A DNA stretch of 63,489 bases, counting the filler, from Octopus bimaculoides (taxonomy: Eukaryota), in NCBI RefSeq assembly GCF_001194135.2. It is 4 parts of 4 records of this genome, joined end to end, with 100 filler letters (N's around TTAATTAATTAA, not from the genome) between each part and the next. Parts side by side here need not be neighbours in the genome. Positions count along the whole stretch, not along the records: positions 1 to 25,743 come from NC_068981.1; positions 25,844 to 50,329 come from NC_068985.1; 2 more parts are not named here. One strand, 5' to 3'. A model generated the notes under the pieces. That model saw nothing but the letters and a program-made list of their open reading frames with translations. It did not search any database and was not told the origin of the DNA. The position numbers and the translations under genes are program-made. Shown here piece by piece: positions 14,104 through 28,654 of this stretch; within the stretch, counting starts at the first letter, position 1, and each line of letters starts with the position of its first letter.

Positions 14104-14762
14104 ATTTAGAAGATAACACTTCATTTAATGGTTCTGATCAGTGGTTACCAACTTTTTCACTACTAAGAAACCCTTTCATGTATATGTANNNNNNNNNNNN
14201 NNNNNNNNNNNNNNNNNNNNNNNNNNNNNNNNNNNNNNNNNNNNNNNNNNNNNNNNNNNNNNNNNNNNNNNNNNNNNNNNNNNNNNNNNNNNNNNNNNNN
14301 NNNNNNNNNNNNNNNNNNNNNNNNNNNNNNNNNNNNNNNNNNNNNNNNNNNNNNNNNNNNNNNNNNNNNNNNNNNNNNNNNNNNNNNNNNNNNNNNNNNN
14401 NNNNNNNNNNNNNNNNNNNNNNNNNNNNNNNNNNNNNNNNNNNNNNNNNNNNNNNNNNNNNNNNNNNNNNNNNNNNNNNNNNNNNNNNNNNNNNNNNNNN
14501 NNNNNNNNNNNNNNNNNNNNNNNNNNNNNNNNNNNNNNNNNNNNNNNNNNNNNNNNNNNNNNNNNNNNNNNNNNNNNNNNNNNNNNNNNNNNNNNNNNNN
14601 NNNNNNNNNNNNNNNNNNNNNNNNNNNNNNNNNNNNNNNNNNNNNNNNNNNNNNNNNNNNNNNNNNNNNNNNNNNNNNNNNNNNNNNNNNNNNNNNNNNN
14701 NNNNNNNNNNNNNNNNNNNNNNNNNNNNNNNNNNNNNNNNNNNNNNNNNNNNNNNNNNNNNN

Positions 14763-15021
14763 GTGTACCCTTAACGCAGTTCTCGGGGATATTCAGCGTG
14801 ACACAAGGCTGACCCTTTGAATTACAGGCACAACAGAAACAGGAAGTAAGAGAAAGTTGTGGTGAAAGAGTACAGCAGTGTTCGCCACCATCCCCTGCCG
14901 GAGCCTCGCGGAGCTTTAGGTGTTTTCGCTCAATAAACACTCACAACGCCCGATCTGGGAATCGAAACCCCGATCATATGACCGCGAGTCCGCTGCCCTA
15001 ACCACTGGGCCATTGCGCCTC
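14763..15021 (-). mobile_element. tRNA-derived SINE family 4 (GAGGCGCAATGGCCCAGTGG head); further copies ~38841-39228 and ~42401-42549
   Basis: Minus-strand tRNA-like head with A box TGGCCCAGTGG and B-box-like GGTTTCGATTCCC; near-identical copy at 38.9-39.2 kb. Confidence 0.8.
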
Positions 15022-17186
15022 CTCTCCTTCACTATGATGGATGTAAAAGCAACAAAATAATGGGTTGATAAGGTTCAATTTTATTTGTGAAATACAGTTG
15101 TTTTGAATTTGCTTCAGAAAGAGATCTACGTTTGTGGTGGTGAGTAGGAGGGGATACTAGGAAGGTGGCTCGAGTGCTAAGAGGGTGGCAGCTCGAAAAA
15201 TTTTGGGAACAAGAAGATAGCAATTCATTTAATGGTTCTGATCAGTGGTTACCAACTTTTTCACTACTAAGAAACCCTTTCATGTATATGTATATCCCAT
15301 GAACCTCTAGCTTTTCATAGAATTTCTCAACCCTTTTTTTTTTACCTATGGATCCCTTTGATTCCTTTTCTACTCCGATGTACCCTCGTAGCTAATCAAT
15401 GTTTGAAAAAGATCATGTATTGTTATGATTAAACATTATTAGGAAGTATATGAAAAAATTATAAAAATATTTTGTGTATTGTAGAAATATAACCAATTTA
15501 TTGCAAATGAATTTTAGCAATAAAGTCTTATATGGAACCCCCCTCTCCCACTCGCCAAGGGCCATAGGGACCTCAGTTCAGAACCACTGGTTTAACCACT
15601 CAATAAACCGATTACTAGGGCTATGGTAGAATCCACTGGCCCAAACTGCCGTGGAGCTGAACCCAAATCCACTTAGTTGGAAAGCGAACTTTTTAACTAC
15701 ACAGCCACGACTTTACCTAATATTTTTCAATGATATTGGTATTAACCAGTTGTTAATTATCAATAAACTCGTTTTCTAAGTTTCATCTTTCAATTAAAAC
15801 CCACATGTAATTGAATAAAAAAAAATGGTAGCGAATAACGATAGGATGCAACAGTTCACTACTAGATTTATCCCTCTTTACGGCTGATGGTTTACGGTCT
15901 TACTATTGACTAGTTGACGCTGCTGCACTCATTTTATGCTGACCGAGCACTCTCTCAGCCTTTATCGTTTATCTTTAACTTGTTCAAGTCACCGGAGTGC
16001 GGCCATGCAGGGGCACCGCTTTGAAAAGTTTAGTCGAACAAATCGACCCCGGGATTTGTTTTTGTTTAAAGCCTGGTACTTATTTTATGAGGTCTTTTTG
16101 CCGAACCGCTAAGTTAGGAGACGTAAAGTGACCAACTCTGGTTGTCAAGTGGTGGTGGTGGTGGTGGGAACAAATGCAAATAGTAAGGCACATACGTACA
16201 TACACACATTAATATATACACGAGGGGCTCCACACAGTTTCCGTTTCCGGAATTCACTCACAAAACATTGGTCGGCCCTGGTCCATAATAGAGGGCACCT
16301 AAGGAGCGGTGGAGTGGAACTGAACCCAAAAGCACGTCGTTACAAGACGAGCTGCTTAACTAGATATCCTGCTGCACCTATAGTCTTAACAATAACTTTA
16401 TATCAGCTGAATGAACTGGAGCAACATGAAGTAAAGTGCCTTGCTCAAGAACACGCCGTTCCTCCGGGATAGGAATCAAACCCACGACCGAATGATCGAG
16501 GGCCCAGATGTCTAACCACTGAATTTCTTGTTTCTTCATGCAACCGAATAGTTACAACTGCAGTTTTACATTTTAAACGTCAGCCTTTTAAAATGTTGAC
16601 TACAGCTCACGGGCCCTGGGCTGGGAACCACTGGCATTGGTGGTGGGTGCTTCACACAATAGAAGATAAAGGTCAACAACATCAGTCTTTAAAAAGTTTG
16701 CCCCCAGCTCACGGACCCCATGTTGAAGACCTCTGGCTTAGATCGTTGGAGCTTCACTATTTCTGTGGAGGAAGGTCAACAACTTTAACCTTTCCGTGGG
16801 CTTCTGAGACTGGTGAGAGAAAGAGAGGAAATTATGGCCCTTTAGGTTACGGCAGCAGGAAACAGAGGATTATGATATCGAAATACCCTCACACGAGACA
16901 CTTAATCTGAATATTTGCAACAGTAAAGCAATATTTAGAAAGAAGCAAACGAGAGAAATAAATTTTATGCTAAAACCAGTCACTTGTAACAATAAATAAA
17001 TAAATAAAATAAAAACATGAATTTATAAATTATATTTTGGCTGATAAGAATTTTTAAGCTTTGTAAAAAAAATTTTTATAACGTTTCCCTTTTTAAAATT
17101 AAAACTACGAAGTCAAAATAAAATTAAGGGTAAATTAAAAACAGACAAAATAGAAGAAAAAAACGGGGAGATAATAAATAAATAGG

Positions 17187-17219
<33 letters not shown>

Positions 17220-17605
17220 TACATTTTGTTTTCGCTTTTCATTGTATTTGACTTAAAGCCATAGATTGCTACAAAACATCTTTTATGAAAGAGAATATTG
17301 TGACTTGAAATCAATAAGCCTGTCTGTACATGGACCGAGTTTTCTGTGCATATATTTATGTCTATTGATAAAATTTAATCAATACAATTGTACCAAAGAA
17401 AATAATATTCATTTACAAAGTAAATATTGTTCGTGGTTTGTATGTTACATTGATAACTGAAATGAGAAAACATACTTTTCTACGTTATGAAGAACACAAA
17501 AGCAACTAACATCAAATGCATTATTCATGAAGTTTAATTTCTAAGAACCAGATTTTGTGTACAAATAAAGCTGAACCTAATCAAATTTGTTAGTTGTTCT
17601 CCATG

Positions 17606-17651
<46 letters not shown>

Positions 17652-17964
17652 ATGCATCTGCCTACGACAGCGTTGATGAGATTCGAATGATACGTCAAAG
17701 TTAACGAGATTAAATATTTTAAAAGAAACAACAGGTATTATTAAGTTTGACTGGAAACTTTTTATTTGTGAATTTGGAATTGTACTTTTAAATTTCCTAA
17801 AAGAACTGTGACACGTAGAATATGAATTGGAAGAATAAGTAAAGTTACATTTGCTTGGAACAAACTCTGTATCCAAAATAGAGATTTTTTTTGTTGCTAT
17901 GGCATATGCATAATTAATTAAATTGTTCCTTTATGCTGAATAAGATTTATGAGTAATATTGGGT

Positions 17965-18650
17965 TCAAATTTCGGCACAAAGCCAGTAATTTTGGGGGAG
18001 GAGCGGTCATTTACATCGAGCCCAGGGATCAACTGGTACTTATTTTATCGTCCCCAAAAGGAGGAAAGGCAATGTCGACCACGGCGGAATTTGAACTCAG
18101 AACCTGAAGACGGACGAAGTGCTGTTTAGCATTTTGCCCGATGCGGTAATGGTTCTACCAACTCACCACCTTAGAATTATAAGTAATATGTGTAAACTGC
18201 ATAGGCAGCAAGCTGGTAAAACGGTTAGCACGTCGGATAAAATTCTTAAAAACATTTCGTCCGTCTTTACGTTCTAAGTTCAACATCCGCCGATGTCGAT
18301 TTTGCCTTTCATCCTCTCGGAGCCGATAAAATATGTACAAATTGATCATTGGGGTCGATATAATCGACTTATACATTCCCCCGAAATTGCTGACTGTATG
18401 CCAACATTTCAAGTCAATATACATGAACTGTAAGGCGGCGAACTGGCAGAATCGTTTGCACGACGGGTAAGGTGATTAACGGCATTTCTTCCGACTTCAC
18501 TTCCAGAGTTCAAATGCCGACGGAGTCGATTTTCCTTTCATTTTTCTGTCGATAAAATAAGTACAAATTGAGTACTGGAGTCTATATAATCAACTTAAGC
18601 CCTCCTCTAAAATTGCTGGCCTTGTGCCTAAATTTGAAATCAATATGTGT
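17965..18650. mobile_element. Cluster of three SINE family 1 copies (one -, two +)
   Basis: Similarity to the family 1 consensus at ~17970-18170 (-), ~18205-18415 (+) and ~18432-18645 (+). Confidence 0.75.
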
Positions 18651-18823
18651 GAGCTATTTTGTACAACTACCGGTATTTGGATGTAGCTTCAATTGGTTTG
18701 AGGTGACTCGAAATGCATCCATGCTTCTTGAGCAACACTAGCCAGCAAGGGCTGTTAGCCGACGATCAGACTCCGTACTACCACCTGGTCCTTGGCTGGG
18801 TATTTTAGCGGAATCTACTACGT

Positions 18824-19182
18824 TGCGCATGGCTCAGTGAAGCCGCATGTCTCAGTGGTTAGAACATCGGGTTCACAGTCATGAGGTAGTGAGTTCGATT
18901 CTTGGACCGGGTCGTGATTTTAAGCAAGACACTTTATTTTTCACTTTTCTCCAGTTCACTCAGTTGTAGAAATGAGCTGCAACATCACTGGTGCCAAAAT
19001 GCATCAGCCTTTGCCTTTTCTTTGGATAACATTTGTGGCGCAGAGAGGAGAGGCTGGTATGCACGGACGACTGTTGGTCTTCCATAAACAACTTTGTCCA
19101 CACTTGCGCCTCGGAGGGTAACTTTTTAGGTGCAATCCCATGGTTATTCATGACCGAAGGGGGTCTTTACCTTTTTACCCTA
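18824..19182 (+). mobile_element. tRNA-derived SINE family 5; further copies ~21575-21815, ~40055-40294 and ~50865-51183 (-)
   Basis: Head GCATGGCTCAGTGG…GAGTTCGATTC, then the shared central block TTGAGCAAGACACTTTATTTCAC-x-TT-x-CTCCAGTTCACTCAG. Confidence 0.75.
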
Positions 19183-19504
19183 TGATGTTGCATGTATTTA
19201 GAGTAGGTCTGCAGTTTTAGACTAGAATGATACCTCGATGATCGTAACGAGACGATTTGAAGTTGCTGTTTAGAGGCAAACTATTTACCACACTTGATTG
19301 AACATTCAGCCTGTTTAATTGACAGTACTATATAGCATTGCAGGCAAAAACGTGCGCGCATTCGGAAATATAGATATACGGAGAGAAAGAATGAGAGAGA
19401 GATGGAAAGATACATTACAATTTATTAATTGAACACGATTGACATAAACACTTACAGTCTCCTTATACACATAGAGGTATTGCTCATAGATATAAATGAA
19501 AGAG

Positions 19505-19602
19505 AGGGGAGGGAGGAAGAGGGAGGAAGAGGGAGTAGAGAGGGGGAAAGGGGAGGGAGGAAGAGGGAGGAAGAGGGAGTAGAGAGGGGGAAAGGGGAGG
19601 GA
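19505..19602. repeat. Polypurine tandem repeat (~43-bp duplication of GAGGGAGGAA-type units)
   Basis: Nearly pure purine tract on +. Confidence 0.8.
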
Positions 19603-20059
19603 CAGATGGAAAGAACGAAACATTAAAACGTATGATGTCAAATAAGTCAGCATCAAATGAGCGACGCCAAATAAGCGGCGCCAAAATGGCCACGCCAAAA
19701 CGTCTCATATCCCACAATGATATATTGCTTTCTACTACAGCAATTCATGAGTCATGCTTTCTTTCTGCCTTCTTCCCTTCTTTCTCACCAGTTCCATGGG
19801 CCCTCATAAATATGATAGCCGCTGTCTTTTCATCAACGGTATTGTTTCGAGTTTTTGTTGTATACATTGGAGATGAAGCTGTGTAATTATTTTATGTGAA
19901 CATATAGGTGCAGATATGAATGTGTAGTTGAGACATTCGCTTAAAAGCATGTAGTTTCAGGTTAAGTCCAATAGTACAACATTTCTAGTGTAGCCCATGG
20001 ATGAGCAATGCCTTATGAGTGAAGTTGGTACAGGGAAACAGTATGGAAAACTATCGTGA

Positions 20060-20090
<31 letters not shown>

Positions 20091-20562
20091 AACATAATTA
20101 AGGGATCAGCAACAGTTGCTTCACCACATACCGAAGTTCAGAAATAGCAGCTAAAATGCTGAGACTCCAACAGATAGCATTACTTGTAACTCACAAGAAA
20201 AAACAACGAAAACTAACCAGTCGAAGTTAATCATAGACGCGTTTCTGGCTTAGGGGCGATATACACTCCATTTCCTCATCAGTATGATATTCTAGTTGCA
20301 AATTCGACGGTGCTAGCAATTGTGCATGCATGACCGAGTGAACATCATGCATCGGCACAACTCGAAAACACCTCCGAACTTACATAGGCCAGCCAGTCCA
20401 TTATCCCTCCTCAAGAAATTACCATGTGCGTCACAAGCAATACCGCAGAAAATCTGCGGTTTACTATCAGGGAGTGAATAATTATTACACTTAAAAGGGT
20501 AAAGGTTTATCAATTTATTAATTTATTAATTGTTAATTTATTAATAAATTAANNNNNNNNNN

Positions 20563-20603
<41 letters not shown>

Positions 20604-21828
20604 AAAAAGTGGAACAAGAACGCAACAGACGACGATAAAACATCCGGACAGATGGACGATACAAAGACGGACAGGAAAAAACAAGGACGAGTCATTCGTG
20701 GCCTTCTCTCCTCGGTCAAGTTTCCAGATTATCCTTACAGTTTCAGACGGTTACACTTGAGACTGTTCAAATCTGGCTGGCCTCCAAAAATCTAAGCTAA
20801 GAGCATTAAATATTTTGGGAGAAAGCAAAACGAGTGTGTACGATAACAAAGACAGAGAAAAAAATAACGAAGAAAATACAAAAAGAAACGGAGAAACTGT
20901 TACCCGATTATAAATACAAACGACTAATAGAGAGAGATGCAGTTAAGCTGGTGTGTGTAGAATGAAAGTCTTGAGGCAGGAACCTAGGAGATGAACATAA
21001 GAGATGAAAGTCATGAGACAGGAATATAAGAGATGATTTGCGTCCAGCAGTCGAGCCAAGAAAGATCATGCTTGGCCGAACACTGATATCCAAAATTAGG
21101 GAATGGAGTAGATAAATATCTTCCTACACCTTGATCGCTGGATCTTACCTTAACACACACACAGGCCACACACACATACATACACACGCGCGCAAGCAAC
21201 ACACACACACACACACATACACAGAAACACGTGTGTATGTCTGTATGTATAGCTACTAACGCTGAGATCTGCACTCGTGGTCGGCTTCACTCGGGTTCAC
21301 ACTCGCGGCTTCCATTGTCCCTCCACCACTTGACGTTAGATGACGAGTTTGGATTTGTGTGCGACTTCATAGCTTAGCCGATCGACAAAAGACATCGATA
21401 GAATAAGTACCACAATTAAAAAGAATGTGTATTGGTGTCGTAATATTCAATATTAAACCCCTGAAAGCGGCGCCCCAGGATGGTCGCAGTCCAGTGACTG
21501 AAACAAGCAACAGAATAAAAGAATATGCACGTGGAATATTCCTGTACTTAAGTTATTTGAATGAAAGTGTGTAGCATAGTACTGAAGGTGTTACGCTCGC
21601 TACTGCAGGATCACGGTTTCGATTCCTGATTTGTGCAAGGCGTTGTAACCTTGAGCAAAACACTTCATTTCACGTTGCACCAGTTCATTCAGCCTGTAAA
21701 TGAGTAACACTGTGACGGACAGGTGTCCTGTTCGGAAGGAATCTTGTACTTTCAGTTACTTGTCTCCTATGGAAACTGGATATCTGGTTCTATGAGTCCA
21801 AGAACTCGGGACAGTAATGTCCAAGAGT

Positions 21829-21874
<46 letters not shown>

Positions 21875-23246
21875 GGTGATGATGAGTTATTTCGCATCTG
21901 TAAAGATCTATAAAAACTGTGTATTCATTTATGTGCATATAGAAAACAGTTATTCAGGCCTCTGTGGGTCGGGGCGAGCTAGCAGAAACGTTAAACACAT
22001 CGGACAAAATGCTTAACGGTCTTTCATCCAATCTATAGCCCTAGGCTGGTTCTTTTTCTTTTATTGGACCTGTAAAGAGGGAAAACAAAGTTAACCTCAG
22101 CAGGCTTTGAACCGAAAACGCAGAGAGGTGGAGCTGCGAGGAATTTTATCAAATCGTTTATATATTTGAATATGTCTTTAAATAGAATATTTTAAACAGT
22201 TTCGAATTCATCTGCTTTTAATTACAAAGAAATATAGGCGAGTTCTGTGGAATAAGTTATTTGATTTATGATATACTTATAAGGTACTTTGAAAAGAAAT
22301 ATCTCATTTCTTCCTATGGAGTCTTGCCTTTTTTGACACAAAAATAAAATCCTAGGAGGAAACTAGAGTCTAGAATGTTAATAATTTTACATCCTTACAT
22401 GAGTGATATTTATTAATTTGCAGATACTAGTATTAGTTATCGATTAATTTATCAAAAAGTATTTATTTCGTATATGAAAACATTTGTGAAATTTTAAACA
22501 CTGCTCTTTATTACATTCTCATTTAAAATGGCTTTATTGACATATTTTCAATTAAGTTGTATTTCTCGCAATGTTATAAATAGTAGAACAAATTAAGGCT
22601 TACCAATGCCAAGTTCCTGAATGCAATAATAAAAAATAACAATAATGATAATAATAATGAAATTTTTTTATATATGTTAGTTGCTAAGGTGAGATCATAT
22701 AAAGACTATTAGTTTTGAAACCTGTTTTATTTTATTTTCTTTCAGGAAATGAAAATTTAAAGTTCTTTATCAGAATTACTGACAGGTGTCTGAGCATAAC
22801 GGAAAACTATATCATTATGGTATTTTTTTCCTTCTGTTACATTCTTTACAATTCTTCAATAAAACAAAATTGTTGGTGTCTACTCTAAGGTACTTTTGAA
22901 AGTTGTACAATTATAACTTGATAAAGTCACATGTTTTACTGTAGAAAACTTTGCTTTAGTGTACTACTCTATAAACAGAGTGAATGATCAGAGATTAAGC
23001 AGCTCCCTGCACTTCCTGGTCACAATTGTGACTTTTAATTAAATGACGAAATGCACAGTAATTATGTTTATACTGGCACAGTCGTGGCTGTGTGCATAAA
23101 AAGCTTGGCTCCCAACCGTGTATTCTTGGGTACAGTCTCGCTGCGGGTCACCTTGGGGCAAGCGTCTTGCACTGTTGCCCTGGACCGACAAAGCCCTTGT
23201 GAATGAATTCTGTAGATAGAAGCTGAAAGAAGTTCGACGTTTATTT

Positions 23247-23286
<40 letters not shown>

Positions 23287-24654
23287 ATTGAGATTCAGTT
23301 GAATTAGGTACTTACGTTGAGGCACCAGGTCAGTGCGGCATTATCCGTACCACTCAAAGTAAGATGATCAAAATCAAAATAAGCAACAGGATACCAAGAT
23401 GTGATGCAGTACGACCGTTTAAAGTGACTCCATTTAATTCAACAATGCAATCATTGCATCAATTTAAATGCAGGCTATCCTCAGCTGTATAAAGAAATAG
23501 AATTTTTTAATCAGTTAGACACATTAATATAATTTTACTTAAATTCTCTAATAGAGCAAGAAGAGGGAGAAAGTCCATGTTGCTACTAATGTGACTCAGA
23601 ATATACTACATTTCTAAGAACGGTATAAAGTTTGTTAGGGTCATAGCTTATAAATGATTGTGGTTCACTTTTAATTTATTAGTCTTCTTTTTTTGTCAGC
23701 TACCAAATCTAAGGTTAGAGGATAGTGTGTTTTTAGAATGGATAGACAGAGTGAGTTGGCAGTTTATAGTTGGGTATAGTCATAAATATTGTCAGGGTTT
23801 TAGAAAATGCATAAGTAATTGTCTATAAAGGAGGCTGGGTAGGGAAGACCTTAAATCAAGATGTTAATTACCAGTTAAAGGGGCAAGACGCTAATAAAGC
23901 CTATGATGTTAATACAGAAGAAAATATCATGGGGTACAATGGATGATTGTATATAAACAATATTGTTAAGTTGTATGAAGATAAAAGTTAAGATTACTAA
24001 AAATTATTTTATAACCACAATAGATAAACTGTATATATATACCAATTTTCAATACTAGAAAGGAAAGATTACATAGAATTAGTTTAGTATCCATACCTGT
24101 ACTTAATTATATACTTATAAGGTGGTTTCTGCAAAGATTGATCTGGGTATTTACTTATGGAATACTGGGGTGATAAATCATGCTATCTTTATATTAGTTA
24201 TAATGACTGAAACAAATTCTATTTATTTATGCAGCTGAGGATAGCCCTGCTTTTAAATTGATGTCATGATTGCATTGTTGAATTAAATGGAGTCGCTTGA
24301 AACGGTCGTACTGCATCACCTCCTGATATCCTGTTGCTTATTTTGATTATATATATATATATATATACATATGCATATATGTGTTTGTGGGTGTATATGT
24401 ATGTATATGTCTGTGGAGAGGTGTCTTTGTGTTTGCAACCAGTGTTGGATTTGTTTACGTACCATAAACTAGCTGTTCGATAAAAGAAACCGATAAAATA
24501 ATTACCACGTTTTAAACGAAGTAAGTATTAGGTTCGAGACTTTTTGACTAAACTCTTCAAGGCGGTGCCACATCATGGCCGCAGTTTAATGACTGAAGCA
24601 AATAGAAGAAAAATGATAAAAGATATAATTGACAATCTAATAATTGTATAGGAG

Positions 24655-25090
24655 AAGGCGGTGAGCTGGCAGAAACGTTGGCACGCCGGGCGAAATGCTT
24701 AGCGCTATTTCGTCTGCCGTTACGTTCTGAGTTTAAATTCCGCCGAGGTCGACTTTGCCTTTCATCCTTTCGGGGTCGATAAATTAAGTACCAGTTACGC
24801 ACTGGGATCGATGTAATCGACTTAATCCCTTTGTCTCTCCTTGTTTGTCCCCTCTATGTTTAGCCCCTTGTGGGCAATAAAGAAATAAGAAACGTTAGCA
24901 CGCTGGGCGAAACGCTTAGCAGTATTTCGCTTGTCTTTCTTTACGTTTTGAGTTCAAAGTCCACCGAGGTCGACTTTGCCTTTCATCTTCTCGGGGTCGA
25001 TAAATTAAGTACCAGTTGCATACTGGAGTCGATCTAATCGACTGGTCTCCTCTCCCGAATTTTCGGGCTTTGTGCCTAAAGCAGACAAGA
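24655..25090 (+). mobile_element. SINE family 1 dimer
   Basis: Same two-arm structure and same junction (…AAAGAAATAAGAAACGTTAGCAC…, ~24888) as 1177-1613. Confidence 0.85.
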
Positions 25091-25787
25091 ATATTTTAGT
25101 CATGTCTTGTGAGCTTGAAAGTGTCTTTGTCTTTGCTGTTGGATTGCCCTCTATTTCGTCTTTCCTTTGATTTCTCTTAATCTCTATTTATGTTACATGG
25201 TCTCATTCAATCTTTATTATGAGTAGTCAGTGAAGTGAAAGCATCCTGACCTAATTAAGGCTTTTTTCCTGTCACAAAGTATAAAAAATATTCTATTCTA
25301 AAAAGGTCATTCTAAGATTAAAGGATTAAAGGATACCAGAATAATAGTGATAACGAATTGCAAAGTAATCTTTATCAGTTACCCTAAGACTTTATCATCT
25401 ATCGCCTAGAATATACTCTAAGTACTATATAATACTCGATTCTTCAGTTCATGTCACCCGCTCGCGTAGTTAAAACCTTGAACAAAGCTGCATAGGAATG
25501 TCTACCATGGACGAACATGTGCTGCAACTGAACTAACTAAATGCACTTAATTGCAACATCAAAAGGACATTCGGACAGTTATGTAGCAGAAACACGTATC
25601 GCATAGGAATCTAATGTGAATTTAATGGTAATAAAAACTGCAATAAACAAGTTTTGAAGATATATTTCTCCATTTTCCTTTATCATACCTTATTTATGTA
25701 TGTGTATGCATATACATGTGTATATATATTTATATGCAAATGTNNNNNNNNNNNNNNNNNNNNNNNNNNNNNNNNNNNNNNNNNNNN

Positions 25788-25799
25788 TTAATTAATTAA
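25788..25799. other. Artificial six-frame-stop linker TTAATTAATTAA (also 50374-50385 and 61093-61104)
   Basis: Each is centred between 44-N runs (100 bp total); the palindrome has TAA in all six frames. Confidence 0.9.
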
Positions 25800-25843
25800 N
25801 NNNNNNNNNNNNNNNNNNNNNNNNNNNNNNNNNNNNNNNNNNN

Positions 25844-25886
<43 letters not shown>

Positions 25887-26251
25887 TAGGTATAGGACGT
25901 CACCAACTGTGTAAACAACTGTGTAAACAACATATGTAGACATAAGAGTTAAATACGTAAACAACGAGAGAAAAACATGGAAAACGGGACAAATAAACAG
26001 AAAAACCCTTCATCAGTTGTTGGCTGTCTATCAACTCCTAATTTCAAGCATTCAATGACAATATGAGTCTTCAAAGAAAGTTGCTCCCATAAATTCCAAA
26101 ATAAAATTTAAAATTTATGGAGGGTCAAAGTTGGGAACAAAAACAGGACAGTGGAGACATACAAGGAAACCAAATGAAAACAAACATACATGGAGGGTCG
26201 TTAGACCAGAACAAGAGGAAAATACTGAACGCTGGGAGAAATATATATATA

Positions 26252-27281
26252 AAGGGTGTGATGGGTAAATTGTCGCCATTTTATAGTTTTTATTTCATGG
26301 ATGAGCATTGTTTGTTTTTGATTTTATCGAATACATAGTATGGTAGGGTTAGTTAGGCACTGTCAGTGAGAAAAACAGCACCGTGATGCAATTCGCTGCC
26401 AGAAATTTGGAAATGACATGGTGTGCTGCTTAGCATTCATGCCGGAAGCTCCAATATGAACATTTCAAAGTGTTCCAGTGTCATTTCTGAGAACAGTACC
26501 AAGGATTTGAAAAGAGTTGGAGGAGTCTAATAATTATGAAAGCAAAGCAGCTTGGAAAACTCACTTTAATCGTTCTCATAAGAAAACAACTCTTGAATTT
26601 GTTGGTGAAATCCAGGCCATGATTGACAATGCTCCCTCCAAATCAATCAGGTCCATTGACAGGGATATGGGAGAGTCTGAGTTTCTTATCAAGCAGGTAG
26701 TGCATGAGTACATTTGGTATTCCTCATACAAGATGAGAAAGGGCCAATTTTTATCCCAAGCCATCAAAGACTAGGGAAGACCACACTACGAAGCTTTTGA
26801 ACAAACTTAAGCATCCCCTCCAATTGAACATACTTTGGTTTTTCTAAGATGAGAAAAATTTCTGCCAGGATCAGATGAACACACAGAACAACCAATGACT
26901 TGCTGTGTCCCCAAAACATGTACCGAGAGTGATAAAAATCAAACAGCCAGTCAACGTCATGGTGTTTGGAGTGATCGCTGGTGATGGGGATGTTATGTAT
27001 CCATCTTCCTACACAGTTTCAGACTCAACACAGAGGCCTACATCAAGTGCCTAGAAGAGGTAGTGCTCCCTCGGGTCAAGAGGGTGGCTGATGGAAGCCT
27101 ATATCTGGCAACAGGACTCTGCACCATGCCACACAAGCAAGAGAGCCCAGTCATGGCTGTCAGACAATTTCTGTGACCACATATTTTTATGTAATTTTGG
27201 TAAACATATCTTTTAAAATGAGATGTTGGTGTTATTTTCATTTTTGCATAATTTAGATGACAATTTATTCACCACACCCTG
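26252..27281 (+). mobile_element. Tc1/mariner (maT/DD37D-like) relic with both TIRs and an internally deleted, frameshifted transposase
   Basis: TIRs AGGGTGTGATGGGTAAATTGTC (left) and GACAATTTATTCACCACACCCTG (right). Fragments F*DEKNFCQDQ, VMVFGVI, WQQDSAPCHTS; the WPPNSPD region is deleted. Confidence 0.85.
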
Positions 27282-28252
27282 TGTATATTTAAGCATGGAA
27301 ACTGATAAACCAATGAGTTAGAACAAAAAATGCTGTGGTATCTTTTGACCAATTTGTTATGGTAGCTTCCCGTCACTCTCACATCTTAAATGAACCAGCA
27401 ATTGGCCTTGTTAGAAATCAAACACTATTCACAAAAATACATATGTAAACAATAAATAAATAAATAAAAGTAGGCTTCTTGTGATTATGGTAATGCAGAG
27501 AATGAGTATTTCAATAAAATTCACTGGAAGTGGAATGCATGAGACATGTATTCAAGAGGCAGTAATGTCTGTATTTTGAGGCAAAAAAAAGCTCCATTTT
27601 ATATATATATATATATATANNNNNNNNNNNNNNNNNNNNNNNNNNNNNNNNNNNNNNNNNNNNNNNNNNNNNNNNNNNNNNNNNNNNNNNNNNNNNNNNN
27701 NNNNNNNNNNNNNNNNNNNNNNNNNNNNNNNNNNNNNNNNNNNNNNNNNNNNNNNNNNNNNNNNNNNNNNNNNNNNNNNNNNNNNNNNNNNNNNNNNNNN
27801 NNNNNNNNNNNNNNNNNNNNNNNNNNNNNNNNNNNNNNNNNNNNNNNNNNNNNNNNNNNNNNNNNNNNNNNNNNNNNNNNNNNNNNNNNNNNNNNNNNNN
27901 NNNNNNNNNNNNNNNNNNNNNNNNNNNNNNNNNNNNNNNNNNNNNNNNNNNNNNNNNNNNNNNNNNNNNNNNNNNNNNNNNNNNNNNNNNNNNNNNNNNN
28001 NNNNNNNNNNNNNNNNNNNNNNNNNNNNNNNNNNNNNNNNNNNNNNNNNNNNNNNNNNNNNNNNNNNNNNNNNNNNNNNNNNNNNNNNNNNNNNNNNNNN
28101 NNNNNNNNNNNNNNNNNNNNNNNNNNNNNNNNNNNNNNNNNNNNNNNNNNNNNNNNNNNNNNNNNNNNNNNNNNNNNNNNNNNNNNNNNNNNNNNNNNNN
28201 NNNNNNNNNNNNNNNNNNNNNNNNNNNNNTGATAGTGTATAGAGGAATATAC

Positions 28253-28654
28253 TATTCAAAAGAATTCCAACTGTTTGTTATTTATGTTTTATTTATATTC
28301 TTATAATATTAATGTAGGATATAGAATATATAGTATAAACAGCAAAATGGAAGGAAGTATTGATTGTCTTTATTGAATAAATGAAATATTAAATTACTAG
28401 TATACTTTCTTGCATTTTAGCAACCTTCAAGGTCCCATGTTGTGACAGGAATGTTTCAACTGTAGTTGACTGACTGTCTTTTGTCCTTTATATATATTCC
28501 TGTGAAATGGGACCTTGAAGACTGCTAAAATGCAAGAAAGAGTCCTTTAATATTCAATAAGACAGTAAATGCTTCATTTCATTTTACTATATATTCTCTA
28601 TCCTACATTAATACTATAAATAAAACATAAAAAAACAGAGTTGGAATTCTTTTG

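Noticed and set aside
13965-15295. Duplicated segment (13965-14187 vs ~15075-15292)
   Set aside because: Two diverged MITE copies plus an identical ~70-nt stretch ending at a contig edge; most likely assembly or haplotype redundancy.
25788-25799. TTAATTAATTAA islands inside N runs (also 50374 and 61093)
   Set aside because: Identical palindromic six-frame-stop linkers centred in 100-bp gaps: an assembly artefact, not biology.
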